64,000 nucleotides of DNA from Ascidiella aspersa (lineage: Eukaryota). This document shows positions 50,867 through 61,393 of the stretch, piece by piece. Positions within the stretch are counted from its first letter, which is position 1. Each line of letters opens with the position of its first letter. The notes under the pieces were generated by a model. That model did no database searches. It was not told the origin of the DNA and was given only the letters and a program-made list of their open reading frames with translations. The DNA is taken from NCBI GenBank assembly GCA_963924565.1, contig OZ004615.1, positions 21,452,001-21,516,000 of the forward strand. The letters run 5' to 3'. Made by a program: the position numbers and the translations under genes.

Positions 50867-50981
50867 ACGTACCTCGTTCGCCCGGCCCACTGGACGGTAG
50901 TCTTTACACACAAGTTAAAAAATCTAAACGAACATTGACCGACGATTCTGATGATAGCCAGGGAAAAATCAATCTTTACAG
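50867..50981 (+). CDS. TNS: Tensin-like gene, common exon (xVPRSPGPLDGSLYTQVKKSKRTLTDDSDDSQGKINLY)
   Basis: T-rich AG acceptor and AG|GTTTGT donor, phase 1/2. GPLDGSLYxxVKK is the conserved motif just C-terminal to the C2 domain of vertebrate tensins (GPLDGSLYAKVKK). Confidence 0.8.
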
Positions 50982-51559
50982 GTTTGTGGTCTTCTTACTA
51001 ACTGGTGCACACCCGACGTACAATTTAAATATATTAACTGTTGTTGTCCGGTATAATATTAATCAAAATCAAATAACAGATACTCTGGTAATTATATTAT
51101 TTTCCAACGTTTTGGCAACATATTTGAGTTGCCCTTTTCAGGGTAAATGATGTCTATCGCTCATGGGTCGTTTTGGAGAAGAATTATTTTAATTACCAGA
51201 GGGGCTGTTGTTTAATTAGAACAACTTTTCTATATTGCGATTGTGGATAAATTACAACATGCTTAAAATGTCAAGTCGTGCTGTCAATGTAGAGTTTAGT
51301 CCACGTTCTTGGCTATAAATACAGTTATTATTTGTACTCATTTTGTTCAATATGCGGAATCTTGCTATTTTAAAGGATTTGTTTTTCGTTTCCTAATCCC
51401 GATTTGGGAACATACTTCGTATTAAACCGCAAACAGGGCACAGTCGACTCGATGTACCTTACGGTGTTCTTTGTAAACTTTGTACTGCGTTCTGGTTGTT
51501 GCGCATCTATCTTTTCCAAGAAAGTAGTCTCTAGCACACATCTTGTAGTCTCTATAGAA

Positions 51560-51928
51560 CAGTGCTTGTCAACCTTTTTGGAACTGTACACACTTTAACG
51601 TTTACTGAAGGACCTGTACAGTGTACACCCCAGAGTACACAATGCACTAAAGTACCACACAAAAACGTATCAAGAGAAATATTTGGTTATGATGTTGCAA
51701 CTAGAGTATAGTATCCTAAACGCTACGTACACCTAAATACATGTTGTGCCATCTATTGTACACTTAAGTCAGTCTGGTATAAAACCTGTTTATTTATTAT
51801 GATACCTGATCATAGGCTTATTGTAATGCGGTATGTTGTACAGCCCAGTACACCCCATCAATGTGCTACAACCTTTAACAATTCTTGTACACCCTGGGGT
51901 GTACAAAGCACCCGGTTGAAAAGCACTG
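51560..51928. mobile_element. hAT-like MITE with TGTACA subterminal repeats
   Basis: TIR CAGTGCTT(G/T)TCAACC; TSD imperfect. Confidence 0.8.
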
Positions 51929-52047
51929 TTCTAGCACACCAACTTGTATTTTCTTGACACAAACGAAATGGACATTTCATGCGATGGTCAACTTGGTCAT
52001 CGCCCACTTTAGTTCTCTATTTTTTAATCTACTCTCCGGTCATCCAG

Positions 52048-52142
52048 GAACTATCATTCAGCAGATGAGTTAAGCGACGTTTCTACCCTTCCAATGCAAA
52101 AATCTATCCAAAGGAAAAGTCTATCCGGATCCAACATAAAAG
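52048..52142 (+). CDS. TNS: Tensin-like gene, internal exon (RNYHSADELSDVSTLPMQKSIQRKSLSGSNIK)
   Basis: 95 nt, CAG acceptor and AAG|GTAATT donor. Phase 2/1 bridges the flanking exons with an open frame. Confidence 0.75.
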
Positions 52143-52406
52143 GTAATTTGAAGTCGTTATGTGCGGTGTGATCCCTGATTTTCATATGTATTCCTGGTTT
52201 AAAGAATCACGTATATATAAGGTTAACTTTGTAGTTCATACGTTTCAGTTACATTTTCACAATCCCATCTGCTTTTGTAAACATGCAATAAAAGTGCTGT
52301 AGTATTTTCTAACTTTTTACAAATGAGATTGGCAACAGTTTAAGTCGAATTATTTTCAATGTGATGTTTTTGTCGAAAGTTGGGGCTCTACGTTGAAAGT
52401 ATAGTG

Positions 52407-52808
52407 CAGGGGTGGGCAAATGTATTCAATGGAAGAGCCATTTGCAGAAAATACAAGCACCAAAGAGCCTAAAAACTATTTCAATACAATAACGGTAAAT
52501 AATGCAAGGTCAGCCGCAATATTAACAGAATTGTAATATAACAAAATGGTAATAATCAACACAATAATAACGGTAATAGCAAAATAACACGCACAATTTG
52601 TTAATATTAGTATTTTGTTAACTAACTCTTCGGACTCTATGTCTAGTGTTGCGTCATAAACGAAATGCTGGCCTAAATAAAGAAAAGGAAAAGATAGAAA
52701 CATTTATAAACGGTACTCTTGGTAGCCTTTACAATTTTTGGGAATTTTACGATTCAACCAGAAGAGCCGCAAAAAACATGCCGGAGAGCCGCAGTTTGCC
52801 CACCCCTG
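52407..52808. mobile_element. hAT MITE
   Basis: Perfect 14-bp TIR CAGGGGTGGGCAAA and perfect 8-bp TSD GTATAGTG. Confidence 0.93.
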
Positions 52809-53948
52809 GTATAGTGCACTAGCAGCTATTGAGCCCGGAATTCACAAAACATTCAAAAACCACGCTAAAATTACCCTATAGTCATATATTCCGTAGTATA
52901 GCGACTGAAGGGTAAAGGTTCAAAGTTTTCTCGCCATCCAGTTAAGTCAGACAAAGCCGGAACAAGGTGATTCGCCACGCTTCGAACTCAATGGCACCTA
53001 AGGGCCACTGACGGTTGCCGAGTGCTTCGCTGAGGTGGCAATTATAACCGGGCCGTGGCCATAAGTCACAACATTAAATATTTCAGGCGTCCAACCGAGT
53101 TGTAGTTATGCAGCTATATAAGGAGAAAACGTTTTTGAGGACTTTTTGTCCCTCTGCCTTTTTAGCTACGCGCTGACATTTAGGACCCAAACAACTTGCC
53201 CTTTTTGCTTTGCAGGGTTTAATACCGATTCTCGAGGGAATACATCAGGAACGAATTGATATTAAAGGCGAAATTTTAGTTGGGTAGAAACTTTTTCCCA
53301 GCTACTCGACATAAAAAATGATAAAATTTAAACTTATTTTATGATATACTTGCCTAAAACAGAAAAAAGAAAAAATCGACATGGCTGAGTAACGAGTTTG
53401 GCAAAACCACTTGTCGAGTACTCGATTAGAAAAACTGCGAACGAAAAAAAATATAAAAATGCATCGTGAAACAACCTTTCGTTCATTCGCCAATTTAGGA
53501 ATGAAATAAATCATAGGTTTACAGCAGGGTATGCCGAATAATTTGTTCAACCATATGTATTTACAAAATTCAGTGGCAAGTATTTTAATTGTTGTACTAT
53601 TTGTGAAAGTTCAAGTACAACTCAATGTTCGAGTGAAACGCTTATTCAATGAACTGAAGGTGCCTGTATCGGCGAAACATATAATCTCTTTGACAAAATG
53701 TCTGATCCTGTATTTCACTCTAGTTTTTAAACTTGTTTTTTTACTTGTTTTCTTTACTTGTTTCAACACGCGTCAGCGGAACAGTGATCGACAAGCTGAA
53801 ACCTGCTGCCAATAGTTCACACTCAATAAAAATATACCCTTTTATTTGTAAATAATGTTGAAAGATACACAAAGACACACACATATGTGCTCAATAAATG
53901 TGATCTAGCCCTTCTAAAGCTGCTTTTCGACCAACGATTACGGCTAAA

Positions 53949-54050
53949 CCATCAAGGACTAACCGAATCTGTCGATCAATGATGCAAGCAAACTTTTCTA
54001 GCCTACCTTGCTTGCATCATTGATCGACAGACTCGGTTAGTCTGTGATGG
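53949..54050. repeat. Near-perfect hairpin with 43-bp arms and a 16-nt loop
   Basis: Arms 53949-53991 and 54008-54050 are reverse complements at 40/43 positions. Confidence 0.95.
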
Positions 54051-54120
54051 CGTTCGGTGTTCTAATGTTCCCGTGTTCAGTTTTATGCCAATTGCCTATA
54101 CTATCACTATGTGTTGCCAG

Positions 54121-54427
54121 AGAGCGACCTCAGAAGCGGCGACTTCAACGACTCGAACTTTGGCGACTCGAATCACAACAACCTCGATGAAGCGCCGCTG
54201 ATTCCACTAGGGGCGCCGCGGAGCAACGACGGCGAGGCCGACGCAGTTTGTGACGTCACAGTCGAAATTCAAAGCGTCACGGCGGACGCGCAGCGCTCGG
54301 GCATTATTCCGTCATTGCACAAGGAGTATGCGGTCACGGAGCCAAGGAATATGACCAAGGAAGATCAAGGGACGTCGATAAAGATAGAGGTTGTGAAGCA
54401 GCAGAACGTCGTTACAGTTGACAACGG
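54121..54427 (+). CDS. TNS: Tensin-like gene, internal exon (ESDLRSGDFND...VVTVDNG)
   Basis: 307 nt GC-rich open frame, CAG acceptor and GG|GTGAGC donor, phase 1/2. Low-complexity linker-like protein. Confidence 0.75.
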
Positions 54428-54962
54428 GTGAGCGTTTTGCCGCTTTTTTGTCATTTTGGTAGGTGTATTTTTTTGTTTTAAAAGCATTCGCTTAAATTAA
54501 ACCTCCTTTAATTTTTATAGAAAAGTTTTACTTTTGTGCGTATAAAGCAGTTATCAAGTGCCTTGATTCAATTTTTTGTATTTTGTTTTAAACATCTACT
54601 TGAATTGAAAAACTTCGTTCCTAATTTATAGAAAAGTGTCATAAATGTGTATATATGCAGTTATCTAGTACCTTGATTCCAATTCTATCTCAAAGCTTAG
54701 TTAATAGTTTAAACTAAAAAAAAACGTGTCTATATTTAAAAAACAAACGCTAAATAGGGTTCCAATAGAAGTGTCGGCTATCTATTGTATTATTCTTGTC
54801 TAAATTATTACGCTGGTGGCTTTTTGACAAGAAACTGTTGTAGAAAACGATGCTGCTCACTTTTCAACGTCTGTCAGCAACTCTGTTACACGGTGTATGT
54901 AAAATGCTTTATGTTGGTGCTTCTTAACAAAACAAATGATTCAGAAAAAAATAAGTTTTTGA

Positions 54963-57900
54963 CGGCGAGGGATATGCGCCAAGTCATTTTAAGACGAAGC
55001 GTTTTTTGATGGAAAGGTTCAGTTTTGTTTTTGGCGAGATTAACAGATTGTAATTGAAACAACAGCAAGCCTTGGGCAGCTATGATACTTGGTTTATGTA
55101 GAAATGCAGTTGTCTTTCACTGCAGTTTGGTGTTCAGTGAACAAACAAAAATATTAGCAAATTGGACGATACGCAGTACGCTTGTTGAACAAGATGCAAT
55201 TTCAATGTCACATACTTGCATGAGAATTCCATTCCTCGGTAAAATGACAACTTGCAAAAACAGCAGAAGAATCTGTATGATGTAGAGCGTGGATTATTTA
55301 ACGTGTCGTATGCTAGTCGTGCAAGTATGTGACATTGAAATTGCACCTTGTTCAACAAGCGTGCTGTGTATCGCCCAACTTGCGAAATTTATTTGACACG
55401 GCCAAAGCAGTCTCTCCCAACATTCCTTTCTAGCACGCCGTAAACAAGTCCAAATTTGAACTTGGATAAACTCGCATTTGCAATAACGCTTCCTCTGTCT
55501 CTATACCCGAGTTCTATACATTGTTTCACACAGTGGCGCCATTCATATTTACAGCTTACGACTTGGGATGTGATCTCACCCGGCAAAGTAGTTCAAGAAT
55601 TGTTATTGTTTTTTGGCTCAGCACGCCTAGCTATGTTATAAAAAGACTATGTGGAAAATAAATAAAGAGTTATTCGAAACCTTCAAAATGATACCTATAT
55701 AATGCCGTATGAGCTTTGATATTTTCACTACGTCTTATTACAACTTCCAACCATTATTCTCCAAAGTTAACGCCCAATATAGCGTTTCATGACAAGCCTG
55801 CAGCGTTTACCTTTTTTGCTATAGCTTTTGCGTCCGCGATTTCCCCATTAATTAAGTTGTTTTGCCCCTAAGAAACCGTTTGGAGATTATAATAGCGCCC
55901 GCATTAGTAGCATCAAGGTCCGAGCCTTCGATAGTATGCTGCTTTAAGTCGCTAGCTCAGTTCTCACGTAAGATATATAGCATCACTAGCGCACACTGTG
56001 TAAGACCCATAAGCCCAGGTGAGTTCATTGGGCGCGCAATTACAAGCCAAATTGCACGTTTTCGCACTCCTACCAACGCTTTCAGTCCCGCCCTTCTGTC
56101 GGTCTTGACTCGTTAAGGCGACGTCGGCAATTAAGCTGATTTGAAACGCTTTCCCAAAGCCGATATCTGCCGCGAAAGCCGGACGCCGGCCATTTGGGGG
56201 TTTCGCCGCCCGGCACCAAAGCTATAACGTGCGTTGGCTGCGGTCGGGGAAAACGTTTGATGAAAACAAAACGCTGGTTTCTTTGCCATTAGATTTGTTG
56301 GAAATAGAGTCGGGTCTGTGTGAAGGCGATTTTGATCAAATTGAGAGGTTTTGCCGGTTGAAAGTACTACGAGGATTTTGAAGAAAATAGTATCAATGTT
56401 TGTCTGGAATATATATTTGTTTTCGCCTTGAGTTGCAGTTATATTGCCATGAATAATATTGCCCGAATAGGTGGTCGAAATGTTGGCACTTGAATAAAGT
56501 TTTGCCAGAAGAACAACTGTACTATTCAAACAATGCCTGGCAGCAACTGCATATTCAATAATATCAATTTGTGCGCAGTTGGCCTGAATTGGGATTTACG
56601 TTTCACACGATAGCAGTTTGAAATTTATGTTGTCTCTATGACTGGTGTTATTAACCCCCACACTAGTAGCGGAATCAGTTTCCTATTGACTTGTGTGCCT
56701 CGAGGTATTCAACAGAACTAGAGTTTAAGGCATTTTGTTTATATAACTTGTACATAGTGGTCTGGGACGAATAATTTTTACTAAATGTTTTACGAGCGCA
56801 TGTTTATCATTGTTTGCGTGTCTCGGGTTTAAATTGACTGGGTCCGCAGTTGTTTTGGCCCAGCATTGCGTAAAATAGTATTTAGAAAGAGATTAGATTG
56901 GCGATATACTTGGATTTGACTTTGCTTTACTTGATGGTCAAAATAATATTCGAACTGAGTTAATGCTTGTTTTAATAAGCATAAATACTCCAAGGCTGAG
57001 TTAGCAGCGTCATATGTGAATTTTTAATTTTGTAATTAAGTAGAATTGGTAAACAACTTAACTAAAAACAAAGTAGACATTAAACTACCTTCTCCTTGTA
57101 TATGTTTTTTTTTAGTTTTAAACACTTCTCCTCTTATTGTCGAGCTTAGATAGAAAGGCAATTGTACAAGTAAACGAAGGCAACTATTACTTCGCAAATA
57201 GTATAGTGGTGCTGCGCAACATGAAGGTAAATGTGAGACTATAGTAGAGTCTATAACCCTTTCCAATCACCGAGCATATCTCTGCTTTGTTTAAAAGGCT
57301 GACAGAAGTCCGTAGATCGACAATTTGCAGATTTTAACGGTTTAAAATAAACTTCAGAAGAAAGAAAAACGACTAAACAATGGGAAAATTAGCAGAACTA
57401 CAGGATAAGGATATGCATTAAGGTTGCGAGAGACCGAACTAAGTGAAGGCGCGAACTTACCCAGGCGTGCGAAATCCGCAGCTTCTGCATTTCCGCGTCA
57501 TTTTCAAAACCCTGGCTTTCATTATCGTCTACTTTTCCGCAGCCGCTTTAGCGTGGTGCGAGGTCCAAGGCTAAGTGTGTAACGCCTCACTTACTCTTTA
57601 CCTTGTACGGCGCGAAATCTCGGGTTTCCTTGCTATGTGCCGCCCCTATGACAAGGGCGCACACAGAAAGTTCAACGCTCCCCTTTTTTAAACGCATTTT
57701 TTAACCGCGTTGCCCGGCCACCGTAAATGCGCCACCTAATTCCTATCATTTTTGCGGCATTTTCGCACTCAAGGGTTCAAATGGCCATTTCAGCTGGCCC
57801 ACTGGTATATATAGCATAAAAATGTGGCCCGTTTGCTTTTTAACTTTTCGGCGAGGAAGGTGCGCCAAGTATTTTTAAGGAGACGCGTTTTTTTGATGGA

Positions 57901-58023
57901 AAGGTTCAGTTTCGTTGAGATTAACAGATTATAGCTGAAACAACAGCAAGGCGGGGCAGCTAGAGAATTGGTTTGGTTTCAAATGCAGTTGTCTTCTCTG
58001 TAGTTAGTTGTTCTGTGAACAAA
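54963..58023 (+). repeat. Pair of about 180-bp direct repeats (about 54963-55145 and 57850-58023)
   Basis: Shared TTTTTTGATGGAAAGGTTCAGTTT, GAGATTAACAGATT, TGAAACAACAGCAAG and AAATGCAGTTGTCTT in the same order. Confidence 0.85.
55157..55383. repeat. Inverted repeat with about 67-bp arms and a 93-nt spacer (MITE-like)
   Basis: ACGCTTGTTGAACAAG.TGCAATTTCAATGTCACATACTTGCA is mirrored at about 55320-55362. Confidence 0.9.
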
Positions 58024-58769
58024 CCAACTGTTTATGTTTTAGTTTCAGCTCACAGTCAATGCTATATTTAACAGATTTCGAACGTGTGCTTTGTTTGTAT
58101 TGTTTGAAAATACTTTTACCGGAAATCGACGGTTCGATTGTTTACGACAGGTTTTGTACTAACCCATAAATGCCGTTGTTCGCCGAAATGTTTCGCTTGA
58201 TATGCCGCGTAACTCAAATAAATCCGATTTTGTAAGGGATTTAAAGTCCTAGACAAAAGCTAGTCTCTTCTTTTGGGTTAGGTGTTGCTTAAAACCCAGC
58301 TGTTCTCAAACCATAAGGTAACGTTTGTCTAGTGTGCATAATGTTACATTAGGTCTATCAATGTACCGGTTGACAATAAAAGAAGTAGACTGTTTTATGT
58401 GTCGCAAGTGACACATATTTGTTTCTAAATGTCTCTTTAAAGTCTTAGCTAACAGCGACTATTATACATCGAATTTTAGTTCGCTCTATAGGCATAAAAC
58501 CAGTATATTGGACGTGAAAACAGCGTAGGCGAACACGCGAACACTTCGTAACCCATACAATCAGTGTTTTGGTCCAAAACTTCCGTAGCATCCTTTTGGC
58601 GAAAATGCTTTCCTGCGCCACGCTTTACGCCTAAGGTTGGACGTAACTTGATAGAACTCTAAACAACTCGCTAATGGTTTGGTCCGTACAAACGGAAAAC
58701 AAACTAAATGTAAAGAAAAGATTCAAATAGAATGATATTACTGGTCTTAGGCCTTACGGCAATGGGTCT

Positions 58770-59054
58770 TACCGGGGTGGTGTGTGCCATTTCTAATCTT
58801 CAAGGGTTCTGCGATATAATTGAGAATCTTTAAGGATCTGATTTGTGCTCAAATCTTACAACTTTTTGTGGAAGATTAGAGTAGAATAAATCCAATTATA
58901 ACTTCCTACGTTGTGTAGAGTTGATGTGTGTTGTTCCAGTTAGTTTTATTGTGACATTCTAGTGAATTACCTACCGGTAAATATAGTAGGGATGTCGCAA
59001 TCTATTCATTATTTCGGAGGAGTGCCGCTAGCCATTAAAGGCTGAGAAACACTG
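58770..59054 (+). mobile_element. hAT MITE fragment, same family as 474-773
   Basis: Co-linear similarity to 640-773, ending AGGCTGAGAAACACTG. Confidence 0.7.
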
Positions 59055-60958
59055 CTTAAGGATCCGACGATTCTCGGAAAGATGGATTGCAAAAAGTAAA
59101 CGTTGACAACTTTTTCTTCTAATGCGCCAGCACTTGGTAGTGAATTTAAACAAAGTGGAGTGCTTTGTGATCACAAAGTCCCTGGTAAAAGGTGTGACAA
59201 GACAAGCCTTCGTCTTGAGGATAAATCTTAACCAATTATAATTGGCAGCGTAAAAATGCCAGTTTCAGGTGTCTGGTTAAACCCACGTAGTCGCACAAGC
59301 GAGGCTGTTTCTGCTTAGTCAGGCTTTCACACAGGTAAGCAAGTTGGCGAGAGAAGTATTTAAAACTGCAACAATAAGTTTTGCTCAGAAGCATTGCGTT
59401 AAGCGACCCCGTCTCACATAATGCCAACGGTTTTCTAGTTGCCTCAATAGACGTGCTTTTAAACGTGCAAAGGTTCGTTTTGGCGCTGGAAACCAGAAAA
59501 TATTTCTATTGGGCCTCTCCCTGTTTCCTATGTTTCTTTTTGGGGATAAAAGTTGCTAATTAGGCTTAATACGTAATATTACACAGTGTGTTTGGTTTTG
59601 CTCTGTCCTCGTAGGCTCGTATAAGTCTCCACGCGTATTTGGTCATTTACTTGCATTATTTTAGCCCGTATCGATCGCCCACTAAGCCCTTGGGATAAGA
59701 GATGGCCTTGCTGTTGCTTGTAGTGCACTGTTTGCTTATGATCCGCCTCTTGGAGTGACGGCTGTGCATTTTGATGCGGCAACGGGAGTTTGCAGAATTT
59801 AATCGTTGTAATATTTGTTTTCGGGCATCTAGCCCATTTTAAAAGAGTGATCGAAATCCCAGCGACGAAGACGAACGTTTTAAATGAAATTGCATGACAG
59901 CTAACCGCCCGCGAAAGTTATTGCAGATGTTTAGCAATGAAATTTACATCACTCTTGTGTAATCAGTAGACGCCTTAAAAAGACCAGAGTGGTTTAGATT
60001 GACTTACTTGCCTGTTGAGGTTGGTGATAAACACAGCTTTGTTTCTTTTACAAGCTGTGTGAGATATATTGTGAAATGTTGTTGTTTTGTTGTCTATGCC
60101 TGTCCCAAACTGCGGATTGTCGATAATTTTCCATATTGCGTAAACCGATTTTGATCATAAATGCTTTATTTTTTACCGCCCTGCACTTTTACTCGGGTTG
60201 GTAATTAAGTAAGTAAATTTTATTTGCCAATGATAAGTACCAATAAGCAACTTTGGAACGAAAAAAATAAACTGCTTATTTAACATTAAGATAAAGCAAG
60301 TGACTTAAAAATACTTTCAAGCCGTTAGGATTTTAGGCATAATTATGACAGAAATAAAACCGAAAACAACCAATATTGAGTATAGTATTGAAAGATATAT
60401 AACAGATTTTACCAATAAACAATCTTTTTAAATGTGAATAAAAGCCAGAATTATCTTTTAAAACGCGAAAATATTACTTTTAAACATAAAATACGAATCG
60501 CAGTGAAAATAGTGAAAAAATACAAGGCATTATTAGAAATGATTGCTATAAAGACAGAAGGGCTACAGTTGTGAACACACATATGTGTGATTGTGTGTGT
60601 ATCTTTCATTCTATAAAGACGATTGGTTTCTACTAGCAGAGAAGATGACATTTCACAACATTGTGAGGCGTGTTGCAGAGTTTGCTGTGCGGACAACGGG
60701 TGTTTGTGGCACAACCACGGCCAACCCTAAAAGCGAACATTCGCCTTAAACCGCCAGCACGACCTCGCATAACCGCCTGTGTATAGTTCATTGTAACAGA
60801 CCGCCATTCAACCAAAGGTCGCGTGAATAATATGTGATTGAAATCGCGGCGTAATGATGGAATCGCCGTAAAACAACTCGCACCGTGGTGCTGAAACCGC
60901 TGCCATAGTATTGGTGAAAACGCTATCCCTATAAGGGCTTATAGCATAAGCACTGTAC

Positions 60959-61393
60959 CAGTGTTGTAAATAAGTCATTTTCAATTGGCTTAAGTCAGAG
61001 ACAAGTCATTTGTAAAATAACTTAGGGCCAAGTGTTTTGAAATAAATAAGTCAAGTCCCAGTCGAGTCATAACATTGTCAAGTCAATGCAATTCAAGTCC
61101 TTTCAAAAATTAAACCTTAAACTGTTAAAATTGGTAAACTCGTTTTGTGTGCAAACAGCAAGATAAATAACCCCATTTTGCAAAAATAAATGCTTAATTA
61201 AAACACCTCATTTAATCGAAATCATTTGTCCGAAAGACTTGAGTCAAATCAAGTCATTAATCTGAAAGACTTAAGTCAAGTGAAATCATTTAAAAAAAGT
61301 TAAGTCATTTGAAAAGAGCTCTTAAGTCAGTGTATTCAAATGACTTGACTCGACTTCAGTATTTTTTTAATTGACTTAGTCATTACAACATTG
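60959..61393 (+). mobile_element. AAGTC-rich MITE, full length
   Basis: TIR CA(G/A)TGTTGTAA, many AAGTCA/TGACTT motifs, flanks CACTGTAC/TACTGAAC (6/8, decayed TSD). Confidence 0.85.
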
